The position numbers and the translations under genes are program-made. A model generated the notes under the pieces. It saw only the letters and a list, made by a program, of their open reading frames with translations, was not told where the DNA came from and searched no databases. Source: a virus (lineage: Duplodnaviria > Caudoviricetes). Taken from it: 64,000 bases of DNA. The first letter of the stretch is position 1. Every line of letters begins with the position of its first letter. Below, one piece after another: positions 31,131 to 40,938 of the stretch. Where the stretch lies: the IMG/VR virus record IMGVR_UViG_3300005077_000001, positions 160,001 through 224,000 of that record, one strand, 5' to 3'.

Positions 31131-31569
31131 AGTCGTGCCCGGTCAGAGAAGAAGTTCTGGAAGTAATCAAAAGAACGGTAATTTTTTTAATAATGATCGC
31201 AATAGGCAAGGTAATACTAACTCCAAAGCAGAAAGATATGTTTTAGAAGAAAAACCCATGGAAAATGGGGAGCTTGTTGAGGGATCTAATCGAGTTCAAC
31301 TTATTGGGTACATTGGATACCAACAATTGGCTGATACACCACAGGGTCACGTTAAATTGACAGCTTTATTCTTTATTCCATTTACTGATAAGAATGGGGA
31401 TCGTAAGCGTATAGGTTATAAAATTACAGCATGGGATGACACGGCTGAACAGCTCAACGATATTGAAGCTGGAACTCCTCTCCAGATTCATGGTAGTTTG
31501 AATAAATATACCCCTAAGGATGCCCCAGAGCGTTATGATGTAAAAGTAGAAGAATTCTGGATTCTATAA
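31093..31569 (+). CDS. ssb: Single-stranded DNA-binding protein (OB fold) with N-terminal extension
   Basis: NRVQLIGYIG...ITAWDDTAEQL...GTPLQIHGSL matches the SSB OB fold. Confidence 0.75.
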   Translation: MKMENRPFGATRKVVPGQRRSSGSNQKNGNFFNNDRNRQGNTNSKAERYVLEEKPMENGELVEGSNRVQLIGYIGYQQLADTPQGHVKLTALFFIPFTDKNGDRKRIGYKITAWDDTAEQLNDIEAGTPLQIHGSLNKYTPKDAPERYDVKVEEFWIL

Positions 31570-31581
31570 TCAGGTGTAATA

Positions 31582-32367
31582 ATGAATCCTTATGAAATAT
31601 TAGGTGTTGGGAGAGATGCAGATGAAGAAACGATAAAAAAAGCTTATCGTAAAAAGGCGATGGAGTATCATCCCGATAGGAATCCAGATAACCCTCAAGC
31701 AGAGGAAAAATTTAAAGAAGTTGCAGAAGCTTATGAGAGATTAACTAACCCAGAAGCTCCCAACATTGGTCCTGGTTTTAATCCTTTTGAGTTTTTTAAT
31801 AACTTTTCAAGACAAGCAGGTTTTGGTAATTTTAATTTTAACCAGGGCCCAGCAAAAGTGGGGGATAATATAGTAATATATGTGGAAGCTTCTATTGCAG
31901 ATATTATATTAGGTTCTACTTTATATGCAGAATATGAACGTCATGGTCAATGCAGTGAATGCGGAGGAAAAGGAGGAGAGGGTGTTATAAAATGCCCAGA
32001 TTGTAAAGGAACTGGATGGATAACCTCTAGTTATCAAGCTTCTCCTTTTCAATTTGTTCAATCACGACAGATGTGCCAAAGATGTAATGGGAAAGGAGAT
32101 ACAATAGAAGTTGCATGCCATAAATGTAAGACTCATGGATTACAAGTAGAGCCAATGGTAGTTCCGATTAACTTACCTCCTTATAATAATAGGCTAGTGA
32201 ATCCATTAGAAAGGTTGTCTAATATGGTAATGCGAGGAAAAGGAAATTTCGCTGTTCGAGGATTACCTGGCGATTTAATTATTAGAATCATACCTAAATT
32301 TCCTACAGTTGACGACCTCACCGAAGACGATAAAAAATTATTACAGAGATTTAAAATAGGCGAGTAG
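31582..32367 (+). CDS. dnaJ: DnaJ chaperone (J domain, G/F region, Zn finger, short C-terminal domain)
   Basis: NPYEILGV...YHPDRNP; [32 protein letters not shown]. Confidence 0.92.
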   Translation: MNPYEILGVGRDADEETIKKAYRKKAMEYHPDRNPDNPQAEEKFKEVAEAYERLTNPEAPNIGPGFNPFEFFNNFSRQAGFGNFNFNQGPAKVGDNIVIYVEASIADIILGSTLYAEYERHGQCSECGGKGGEGVIKCPDCKGTGWITSSYQASPFQFVQSRQMCQRCNGKGDTIEVACHKCKTHGLQVEPMVVPINLPPYNNRLVNPLERLSNMVMRGKGNFAVRGLPGDLIIRIIPKFPTVDDLTEDDKKLLQRFKIGE

Positions 32368-32373
32368 TATTCT

Positions 32374-32550
32374 ATGAAAAAAGGTAGACCAAAATTAATT
32401 TTAAGGGAAGACTTGGTTGAGTATTTTAATTCTGAAGAAGGAAAAAAAGAAGCAGAGAGCATACAAAAAAATGCTGAGGAGATAACAAAAGCATTTAAAA
32501 AAGCTAGAAAGATTAGATGGGAATTACTTGTAAAACCTTTTAATAGATAG
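32374..32550 (+). CDS. Hypothetical 58-aa basic protein (not in ORF track)
   Basis: Translated by hand: MKKGRPKLILREDLVEYFNSEEGKKEAESIQKNAEEITKAFKKARKIRWELLVKPFNR; fills the dnaJ-ruvC gap. Confidence 0.55.
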   Translation: MKKGRPKLILREDLVEYFNSEEGKKEAESIQKNAEEITKAFKKARKIRWELLVKPFNR

Positions 32551-32558
32551 GAGAGGTA

Positions 32559-33089
32559 ATGAAAATTTTAGGAATAGATTTAGCATACAACCATGCTGGG
32601 TGGGCTTTCATGGAAGAACCAAAAAATAAAACTAGAAAATTGAAATTAATAGAAAAGGATATCATTTCTGTTGATGATAAACTTAAATTGAATATGGCAC
32701 AAAAACTTGTTTTTATGTCTAAAGAATTATTTAAAGTCATTCGTAAGTATAAACCAGATATAGTTGTTTTGGAAGATACTTTCACTGGAGCCAATGCCGA
32801 AGTTACTGCTAAATTAAATAATGCTAAAGGAATGGCATTGGTTCTCATATATAATTTGATGAAATCTGAGCCTATATGCGCTACTGCTGCCACAGTAAGA
32901 AGCTGCATTGGTATCAAAAGTAAAGAAGATGTGTTCTACTATTATCAGAAACTATATAAATTACCAAAAGATTTTAAAAAGTATAATGATTTGTCAGATG
33001 CAATTGCTTTAGCTCATTATTATTACTATACAAAAAACAATATGTGTGCCGAAAAGAAAAGTAAATCAAAAAAAAGTAAAAAGAAATGA
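32559..33089 (+). CDS. ruvC: RuvC-like Holliday junction resolvase
   Basis: MKILGIDLA, VVLEDTF, DLSDAIALA catalytic acidic motifs. Confidence 0.88.
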   Translation: MKILGIDLAYNHAGWAFMEEPKNKTRKLKLIEKDIISVDDKLKLNMAQKLVFMSKELFKVIRKYKPDIVVLEDTFTGANAEVTAKLNNAKGMALVLIYNLMKSEPICATAATVRSCIGIKSKEDVFYYYQKLYKLPKDFKKYNDLSDAIALAHYYYYTKNNMCAEKKSKSKKSKKK

Positions 33090-33331
33090 TATTAGATCCT
33101 ACTTATAAGATAGATAAAGAGAACAGAAAAGTACGCCCTGAGAAAAAAGGATATGTAGTTTTTATTGAATTGAAAACTGGAGATAGAATTATAGGTAGGA
33201 TAGTGAAGTCAGATTCTACAACTCTATATGTAGAAACTTTAAATGAACCTAAAATTATAAAAGATGTGCATCGTGTATTTATAAAAAGGAGATTTGTAAT
33301 ATTGGAAGGAGGCAAAGGTGACAGAAAATAA
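33086..33331 (+). CDS. Small Sm/LSm/Hfq-like fold protein
   Basis: VFIELKTGDRIIGRIVKSDSTTLYV (Sm1-like) and VFIKRRFVI (Sm2-like). Confidence 0.45.
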   Translation: MILDPTYKIDKENRKVRPEKKGYVVFIELKTGDRIIGRIVKSDSTTLYVETLNEPKIIKDVHRVFIKRRFVILEGGKGDRK

Positions 33332-34706
33332 TAACATGCCAATGGAAGAGATTATTCAATCTCTTATTAAACAAGGGTATCAGATTACTAAACCCGAAGA
33401 TAGAAAGAAGAAAATAAAATTAATTTTTTATGGTGATTCCCCTACTGTAGCTACTGGCTTTGGAACTGTAAGTAGGAATATTTTGTTAGGGCTATTTAGT
33501 ACAGGAATGTATGACATTCAAGTATTTGGTGTCAACTATATGGGACAACCACATAATTTTCCATTCCATATTTATCCTATGATCTTAAATAATGAAAAAG
33601 ACCCATACGGAAGAAAGTATTTTGAGAATTTATTACCTCAATTAGATTTTGATATTCTATTGATGAATCAAGATAGTTTTATAATTAAAGATTTCTTAAG
33701 AGGAGCTATTAATGAAAGTAGAAATAGAGGAAAAAGATTTAAAACAGTAGTATATTTTCCAGTAGATGGGAAGCCTAAGCGAGATTGGATAGAGTCTATG
33801 AGTTTATGCGATCAGCCTATAACTTATACTAAATGGGCCCAGAAACAATGTATTTCTGTATTTCCAGACATTAATGATAAATTAGATTATGCATATCATG
33901 GTGTAAATATGGAAAATTTCTTTCCATATCCAGACGATGTGAGAAAACAACTAAGGCAACGATATTTTAATAAACATGCAGATAAGTTTATTATCCTTAA
34001 CTTAAATAGAAATCAGCCTAGAAAAGATATTCCCAGGAGTGTTGCTGCTTTTAAGGAATTTAAAAAAGATTATCCTAATAGTGTTTTGTACTTGCATATG
34101 GCTGTAGTAGATTTTGGTTGGAATATGGCAGAAGTATGTAACCAATTTGACTTAGTTGTTGGAGAAGATGTACTGTTTCCTAATCCAGAAACATTTACTA
34201 CACAATCTGGGTTTCCTATACATGTAGTTAATGAGCTTTATAATTGTGCTGATGTTTGTATTTCTACTACTTTAGGTGAAGGGGTAGGTCTTTCATTACT
34301 TGAAGCAATGGCATCTAAAACTCCGTTCATTGGTCCTAACAACACTGCTTTATCTGAATTATTAGATGAAGGAAGAGGCTATTTAGCAGAATGCTTTAAT
34401 AATAAATCTATGTTTGTTGTTCTTTCTCATGATAACGATGTTGTAAGACCACTCACAGACGTTTACTCTATGGTAAAACAATTAAAGAAGGTATATGATA
34501 ATCCTGATAAGGCAAAGATAACAGCTGAGCGTGCTTATAAATGGGTTAAAGATAATTTATCTTGGGAAAAAAACATAGTTCCTATTTTTCATAATCATAT
34601 TTTAAAATTATATGATGACTTACAATCAGCTGGAGTTATACTGCCCACTATTGAAGGACCAGCTATATTACAAAAGCCTGACTGGAAGAAAGGAGAGGTT
34701 GTTTAA
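33318..34706 (+). CDS. Glycosyltransferase family 4 (GT-B)
   Basis: GDSPTVATGFGTV; NLNRNQPRKDIP; TTLGEGVGLSLLEAMA. Confidence 0.9.
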   Translation: MTENNNMPMEEIIQSLIKQGYQITKPEDRKKKIKLIFYGDSPTVATGFGTVSRNILLGLFSTGMYDIQVFGVNYMGQPHNFPFHIYPMILNNEKDPYGRKYFENLLPQLDFDILLMNQDSFIIKDFLRGAINESRNRGKRFKTVVYFPVDGKPKRDWIESMSLCDQPITYTKWAQKQCISVFPDINDKLDYAYHGVNMENFFPYPDDVRKQLRQRYFNKHADKFIILNLNRNQPRKDIPRSVAAFKEFKKDYPNSVLYLHMAVVDFGWNMAEVCNQFDLVVGEDVLFPNPETFTTQSGFPIHVVNELYNCADVCISTTLGEGVGLSLLEAMASKTPFIGPNNTALSELLDEGRGYLAECFNNKSMFVVLSHDNDVVRPLTDVYSMVKQLKKVYDNPDKAKITAERAYKWVKDNLSWEKNIVPIFHNHILKLYDDLQSAGVILPTIEGPAILQKPDWKKGEVV

Positions 34707-35851
34707 TGTCAGATACTACAACAAAAGGAATTAAATTTCATAGCTCATTTTTGGATGGTTCAGGCTATGGGAAATTTGGTAGAGATTTTTTAAAATTACT
34801 AATTAAAAAAAACATCCCTGTTTCAACAGGTATTGTTACTTTTGAGAAGGAAAATCAAAGACCAAATTTAGGGGATTATGGAAAACAAATTGAAGCATTA
34901 TCGGAAGTTAATATACAGTCTGATATTATATTGAGTGCTTTAACCCCAGATATAGCTATTAGGTTTATTGACCCGTCAAAGGTAAATATTAATTGGTTTT
35001 TTTGGGAATGTCAAGAAGGGATTCACCCTCTATGGGCCGATTGCTTGCAGAAGTTTGATGCTATAATAACTAGTTGTGAATCAGCTAAGCAATGCCTAAT
35101 TTCTTCTGGTATTCAAACTCCTATTTATGTTGTTCCGGTTAATATGGAGTTTAATAAATACATCCCAAAAGAAAAGCCCAATTTGGATGATACATATAAT
35201 TTTTATTCAATTTTTCAATGGCAAGAAAGAAAAAACCCATTTGGGTTACTTAAAGCTTACTTTAGAGCTTTTAGTGATAAAGATAACGTTATGCTTGTTC
35301 TGAAAACTTATTTAACTAGAATGCAGAATGATTTAAATCAACAGGATATGATAAAGAACTATCTTAATGGGTTAAAACAAACTATGCAATTTAATAAGGG
35401 ATTTCCTAAAGTCTATTTAATTACAGATGTATTGTCTGACGAAGAAATAGAAAATATGCATAATGAACTAGATTGTTATGTGTCTATGGATAGAGGAGAG
35501 GGGTGGTCTCTTCCTTGTGAAAATGCTATGCTTGCTGGCAATCCTGTTATAATTCCTAAGCATACTTCTTATTTAGACTATACAAATGAAGATTTAGTCT
35601 ATTACATAGAAGGTCAATTGGAACCAACATTTGGACTTACTCCATTTTACCCTGGTGATATTTGTACTTTTTTCAATCCTAGCATTCTTGAGGGCGCTGA
35701 AAGAATGAGGTATGTGTTTGAAAATCGTGAAGAAGCTTTCGAAAAAGGAGCTAAATCAAGAGAGTATATAATGCAGAATTTTAATGAGGATAAAGTGTTC
35801 AACACTTTTGTTAAGTCTATTATTGATATAGTTAAATCTAAAAGGAGGTAA
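34706..35851 (+). CDS. Glycosyltransferase family 4 (GT-B)
   Basis: SGYGKFGR; FQWQERKNP; DRGEGWSLPCENAMLAGNPVI. Confidence 0.88.
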   Translation: MSDTTTKGIKFHSSFLDGSGYGKFGRDFLKLLIKKNIPVSTGIVTFEKENQRPNLGDYGKQIEALSEVNIQSDIILSALTPDIAIRFIDPSKVNINWFFWECQEGIHPLWADCLQKFDAIITSCESAKQCLISSGIQTPIYVVPVNMEFNKYIPKEKPNLDDTYNFYSIFQWQERKNPFGLLKAYFRAFSDKDNVMLVLKTYLTRMQNDLNQQDMIKNYLNGLKQTMQFNKGFPKVYLITDVLSDEEIENMHNELDCYVSMDRGEGWSLPCENAMLAGNPVIIPKHTSYLDYTNEDLVYYIEGQLEPTFGLTPFYPGDICTFFNPSILEGAERMRYVFENREEAFEKGAKSREYIMQNFNEDKVFNTFVKSIIDIVKSKRR

Positions 35852-35853
35852 TT

Positions 35854-36303
35854 ATGTTTATATCTAAAAACAAAGAGTTCTCAAAAGAAGAGATAACTGC
35901 TCTATCAGATAAAGAAATAACAGAATTATTTTGTGATAGGTTAAATTCTTGGCTCTTAGAGCCTGCCAAAGCTCTATTAAATTCGGATGCTGATGCGGGG
36001 TGGGTAGCGGTCGCCTCTGCTGAAAAAGTACTTTCTGCTCTTGATAAAATAGGTTTAGATGATGTGGCTCAATTGGTGGCCTTAGTTGAAAATAATTTGT
36101 TTGATGCTTATTCTTTCTTGTCATCTGAGTATCCTAATTCTGTTGAGGTTACTGAGTCTTCAGTTAAAATCAACCCTTACTTATTGTTTGATTTGTGTGA
36201 TAATATATTAGAAGATATTAAGGAAACTCCAGAAGCGATAGAAGTTATTGGCTTTAATTTTAGGGAATTTTTAATTACTAAATTTGACAATACGGAGGAA
36301 TAA
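35854..36303 (+). CDS. Hypothetical acidic helical protein
   Basis: AGGAGG SD; ORF track. Confidence 0.6.
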   Translation: MFISKNKEFSKEEITALSDKEITELFCDRLNSWLLEPAKALLNSDADAGWVAVASAEKVLSALDKIGLDDVAQLVALVENNLFDAYSFLSSEYPNSVEVTESSVKINPYLLFDLCDNILEDIKETPEAIEVIGFNFREFLITKFDNTEE

Positions 36304-38307
36304 ATGCCTACGGCATTAATAACTGGGGTTACAGGGCAGGACGGGTCTTATTTAGCTGAATTATTGTTAGAAAAAGGGTATGAGGTTTATGGAGTTGTAA
36401 GGCGTGTTGCTATAGATGATGACAAGAGGTTTTGGCGTATAAATAATATTAAAGATAAAATTAATATTGTTGGTGCTACTATGGAAAACTACGCAAGCCT
36501 TATCAAAATAATTGCTGAAACAAATCCAGATGAAGTATACCACTTAGCTGCTCAAAGTTTTGTTGCACATTCATTTGAAGATGAATTTTCTACTATGCAG
36601 ATAAATATAAACGGAACACATTATTTGCTATCTGCTATTGAAAGGTTATGCTTAAAGACTAAGTTCTATTTTGCTGCTACCAGTGAGATGTTTGGTAATT
36701 CTCCTGCTCCTCAAGATGAAGGAACTCCTTTTATGCCAAGAAGTATTTACGGAATATCCAAGCTTACCTCATTCCAACTTACTAAAAATTATCGTGAAGC
36801 TTATGGTATTTTTGGATGTTCTGGTATACTTTTTAACCATGAATCTATTTTAAAAAATAGCCCTATAATACTAAAGAATGTAGTGGGGGAAGTAGATATA
36901 CTACCTATTGAAGATCTTTTTAGAACTGAAAATCATAAATATGAAGGCATCTTAGACAAATATAAGACATGTGAAGTATGGGATGGGGATAATTGGACTA
37001 GAATTATTAAAGGATCTTGTTATAAAGATATGAAGAAAGAAATTAATTTGATACAAACGGTATCATCTTGTTGTGAAACAACCCTTGAGCATTCTTTCTT
37101 TGATAACAACGGCGATGAAATAGAAAATAAAGCTTTGAAGATCTCAGATACTCTATATAATGCTTTCTATCCTTCTGATGAAGGTTTTCTTAATCCTGAT
37201 TTAAATTTATGTAAATTTTTAGGATTTGTTGTTGGGGATGGTTACATTCCAGAGGATGGGTGTTCTATTAGGCTTACTGGAATAGATAAACAACAATTGA
37301 TAGAGTATGCTAATTTATTATGTGGTATATTTGGATTTACTTATAAATGTAGTACTTGGGGTCCGGGGCAGTTTGATGGGTGTACAAAAGATATTTGGCA
37401 ATTGGAGATAAATGTAAACTCTTATTTTGGCAAATGGTTGCGAGGAGAAATTTATACATTAAGGAGTTCAGAAAAAAAAGTTCCTAAATTTATATTAAAT
37501 GGTTCTACTGAATCTAAAAAGCAGTTCTTCGATGGCTATTATGACGCTGATGGAAGAAAATCTGGGAATGAAAGATATCTATATAAAGGGTTTACTACAA
37601 AATCTGCTACCTTATGCTTAGGTTTACTTTATATTATGAAGTCCTTTTCTATTCAAGAACCTAAATGTAAATGTGAATATAGAAATGGAAAAAGATATTA
37701 CAGAGTTCAATTCAGATGTGACTATGAAACATCTAGAGGAAACTCTGTAATGAAAAATCTAAATGAAATAATTAGTATATATCCTACAGAATCAGAAGAC
37801 GGATGGTTTTATGACATACAAACAGAAAGCCAATCTTTTGCTACTGGTCCTAATTTAATTAAAATACATAATTCTCCGAGACGTGGACTTGAGTTTGTAA
37901 CAAGAAAAATCACAGATGGTGTTGCTAGAATAATGTACGGGTTGCAAGATCACATAGAGTTAGGTAATCTAGATGCAAAACGTGATTGGGGTTATGCTAA
38001 AGATTATGTGGAGGGTATGTGGTTAATGCTGCAACAAGATGAACCGGATGATTATGTGCTAGCTACCGGAGAAACTCACTCAATTAGGGAATTTTGTGAA
38101 GAGGCATTTGGTTATTTAGATATGGATTACAATGATTACGTAGTAGTAAATCCTAAATTTTATAGACCAGCTGAAGTCCATCAGTTGTGTGGAAATGCTT
38201 CTAAAGCTCAAAGCATGTTAGGGTGGGAACATACAGTAGGGTTTAAAGAACTCGTTATAAGAATGGTAGAATCAGACTTGAAACGATATAAGGAGGAAAC
38301 GATATGA
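36304..38307 (+). CDS. gmd: GDP-mannose 4,6-dehydratase interrupted by an intein
   Basis: GVTGQDGSYLAELL, HLAAQSFV, YGISK, GILFNHE|intein|SPRRG, GNLDAKRDWG, FYRPAEV. Confidence 0.95.
   Translation: MPTALITGVTGQDGSYLAELLLEKGYEVYGVVRRVAIDDDKRFWRINNIKDKINIVGATMENYASLIKIIAETNPDEVYHLAAQSFVAHSFEDEFSTMQININGTHYLLSAIERLCLKTKFYFAATSEMFGNSPAPQDEGTPFMPRSIYGISKLTSFQLTKNYREAYGIFGCSGILFNHESILKNSPIILKNVVGEVDILPIEDLFRTENHKYEGILDKYKTCEVWDGDNWTRIIKGSCYKDMKKEINLIQTVSSCCETTLEHSFFDNNGDEIENKALKISDTLYNAFYPSDEGFLNPDLNLCKFLGFVVGDGYIPEDGCSIRLTGIDKQQLIEYANLLCGIFGFTYKCSTWGPGQFDGCTKDIWQLEINVNSYFGKWLRGEIYTLRSSEKKVPKFILNGSTESKKQFFDGYYDADGRKSGNERYLYKGFTTKSATLCLGLLYIMKSFSIQEPKCKCEYRNGKRYYRVQFRCDYETSRGNSVMKNLNEIISIYPTESEDGWFYDIQTESQSFATGPNLIKIHNSPRRGLEFVTRKITDGVARIMYGLQDHIELGNLDAKRDWGYAKDYVEGMWLMLQQDEPDDYVLATGETHSIREFCEEAFGYLDMDYNDYVVVNPKFYRPAEVHQLCGNASKAQSMLGWEHTVGFKELVIRMVESDLKRYKEETI
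36844..37872 (+). mobile_element. Intein (343 aa) with LAGLIDADG endonuclease domain
   Basis: In-frame insertion splitting the conserved FNHE-SPRRG. Starts with Ser, ends IKIHN, +1 residue is Ser. Endonuclease motifs FLGFVVGDG and FFDGYYDADG. Confidence 0.93.
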
Positions 38308-38573
38308 ACGAATTACAACCTATAGATTTTTATGGAATACCAGACAAAATAAATGAAATACTAAATATATGTGAAAAAGAAAATATTATATTTTATTTTT
38401 ATGCTAAGCCATTAGATGGGCCAGCTTCCGTTTATTCTTGTGTATGCTATGGGTCTTCTACTCATGATTCTTTAGCTAAAGATGACGAAAATCAATTATA
38501 CCAATTTAATGATGTAGCTCGTTGTAGGGGAAATAAAAATAAATTAATGGAAAGATTAGGGAACTATGATTGA
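38304..38573 (+). CDS. Hypothetical protein
   Basis: ATGA overlap, GGAGG SD. Confidence 0.55.
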   Translation: MNELQPIDFYGIPDKINEILNICEKENIIFYFYAKPLDGPASVYSCVCYGSSTHDSLAKDDENQLYQFNDVARCRGNKNKLMERLGNYD

Positions 38574-38754
38574 ACAAAGAGTATATAAACAACTAGAAGA
38601 AATATGTAAAAAGTGTGGTTATGGATTTAGATGTTTTCAATGTGATTTCAATAAATCTTGGTTATTTATAAAAGATCCAGAAAATTCATTAGAAGCTAAA
38701 CAGAAAGTAGCAAGGGAGGTTTTTTCTACTAATGAGAGTAAAATTCGCTTATAA
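38566..38754 (+). CDS. Small Cys-containing hypothetical protein
   Basis: CKKCG...CFQC. Confidence 0.55.
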   Translation: MIEQRVYKQLEEICKKCGYGFRCFQCDFNKSWLFIKDPENSLEAKQKVAREVFSTNESKIRL

Positions 38755-39022
38755 AATTACTTTTACACATCCTGACACTGGTGAGCAAGCACAAGGATGG
38801 ACAACGCAAACTATAGATTCAAATGAAACACCTGTTTATTTAGAATTTACTGAAGAAGAAAAACGTAAACTTATTAGTAATATTGTTTCTCAAATAACTA
38901 AATTTGATGATCTATTTATTGTACCAAATGGAATTGAACAATCAGCAATTAATTTATTTTTACCTACTAAACAAGAGACCACAGAAGAGATTAAACCTCA
39001 AGAACCGCCTATGGAGGAGTAA
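38732..39022 (+). CDS. Hypothetical protein
   Basis: Coupled ORF. Confidence 0.55.
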   Translation: MRVKFAYKITFTHPDTGEQAQGWTTQTIDSNETPVYLEFTEEEKRKLISNIVSQITKFDDLFIVPNGIEQSAINLFLPTKQETTEEIKPQEPPMEE

Positions 39023-39891
39023 TGATTAGCATTATAACGACATTAAAAAATCGTGCTAATTTATTACGATATGGATTGGAAGGAATTCTTAGACAAGATT
39101 ATTGGGGTAAGAGCGGAGATACTATTGAATTAAATATAGGGGATGGTGGTAGTGATGATGGATTAGATGATTTATTATTAGATATGAGTAGGCATCCGTC
39201 CATCTCCATAATAAAAAAGTATACTATTGATAGAACAAAAAGTGTTTATAATCATACACAAAATTGTCCAGCAGAAGAATTAAATATGCTTGTTAAACTT
39301 AGTAATAATCCTACGGTTATTAAATTAGATCCCGAAGCTGTTTTAGTTGATAATACTTTCATTAGTGAATCTATGGAAATATTACAAAAGTATCCTGAAT
39401 CTATAATTATGCCTTTTCCTCTACATTGCTATAAGTTTAACTATGATAATTTTGATGATATCCTATTACAATGGGGGAAGTATTCTTTTAAAACACATAT
39501 ACAAGAAGATAATGCTAGAGATACTAATGTATACTACCTAGCTGTATTCAATAAAGACCCGTTCATAAAACTAGGTGGCATTGATGAGCAGTTTATTCAA
39601 TTTCGTGGGTCAGAAGATAATCACTTCCTTAATCAATGGCAACAACACTATGGGTATGATTCAAGAATTACTTTATTAAATAGAATAGTGCTACATTTAT
39701 ACCATGATGAATTAGGGAATGGTCATATCCCTACTAATTTGATGATGCCTATACACCAAGGACAAGAATTAGCGCAAAGATTGAAAAACACTCCTCCAAA
39801 TTTCGGTAGAGATTGGGGTAGGTTTAATAGTATAACAAAAAAAGAACATTTTTATAAAGGAAGGAAAGTTTATGAAAGTAAACCGTTCTAA
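39022..39891 (+). CDS. Glycosyltransferase family 2-like (GT-A)
   Basis: ISIITTLKNRANLL, DGGSDDG, KLDPE, LGGIDEQF...EDNHF, LHLYH. Confidence 0.85.
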   Translation: MISIITTLKNRANLLRYGLEGILRQDYWGKSGDTIELNIGDGGSDDGLDDLLLDMSRHPSISIIKKYTIDRTKSVYNHTQNCPAEELNMLVKLSNNPTVIKLDPEAVLVDNTFISESMEILQKYPESIIMPFPLHCYKFNYDNFDDILLQWGKYSFKTHIQEDNARDTNVYYLAVFNKDPFIKLGGIDEQFIQFRGSEDNHFLNQWQQHYGYDSRITLLNRIVLHLYHDELGNGHIPTNLMMPIHQGQELAQRLKNTPPNFGRDWGRFNSITKKEHFYKGRKVYESKPF

Positions 39892-39943
39892 ATAAGTAAC
39901 CTTCTTTCTATTGTACATATATCGTAATAAGGAGAATACTTCT

Positions 39944-40930
39944 ATGGATAAATGGACACAAGAGGAAGATAGAATACTACAACAGTTTTACCACAACCAC
40001 ACTAAAGAATTGTTGTTAATAAAATTAGAAAAACGAACTTGGAATGCCATTTGTAATCGTGCACGATTACTAAATTTAAAAAGACAATGTACAAATCTAC
40101 AAGGTAATCTATGTGGTAATCAGGTAAGGAAAGACAGGAAATTTAATTCGTTGAATGTTGATTTTACTAATATAACTGATGAAAAACATTCCTATATTTT
40201 AGGATATTTAGCGGCAGATGGTAATATTTATAGAAATAAATTAGGGATGGTTGTTGCTGAACAAGATTATGATTTTATTTTATTATTGAAACAATGGTTT
40301 AATGAATCTTCTGATTTAAAATATTCAAAAATATCAGCTGGGAAATATCAGGGGATTAGATATTATGGTCAGTATGCTCTTAATGTTCATAGTAAAATTT
40401 TAGTAGACCAGTTATCAGAAAAAGGAATTGTTCCTAATAAAACTAAAATATTAAAACCACCAAGAGGTATTCCTTCTAAATTAAGACGACATTGGGTAAG
40501 GGGGTATTTTGATGGTGACGGGAGTTTTTATTTGTCTAAACAAGGGTACATCTGCTTTAATATACTAGGCACCGAAGATATTTTGGAATACATATTAAAG
40601 AATTTTAATGAAATATGTGAGGCAGATTTTAAAATTGGATGGGACAGGTCTACTAGACAATTTGGAACTTGTGGAAATAAAGCATTATCTTTTCTAGATT
40701 GGATTTACACTGATTGTAAGTATTATTTACCAAGGAAATATGATAAATATACAAGATTACGTTCAAAAGTTGCTTTTACTAAAAGCAATAGATGGTCCAA
40801 CGAAGAGATAGACACCTTAATTCAAAATTATAAAAATATGACGAAGGGTGGATTAATTAAACTGCTACCACAAAGGTCCTGGTGTGCTATATGCACAAAA
40901 GCTCTAAAACTAGGATTAAAAAGAAAATAG
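39944..40930 (+). mobile_element. Free-standing LAGLIDADG endonuclease with N- and C-terminal Myb-like repeats
   Basis: Start moved to the ATG at 39944 after AAGGAG. ILGYLAADGN, WVRGYFDGDGS; repeats KWTQEEDRIL and RWSNEEIDTL. Confidence 0.85.
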
Positions 40931-40938
40931 GAGATTTC

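Noticed and set aside
3465-39899. TAAGTA as a late-promoter motif (seen near 3465, 3482, 23361, 23891, 39894)
   Set aside because: Short, AT-rich and partly made of stop codons; cannot be separated from chance without a genome-wide enrichment test.
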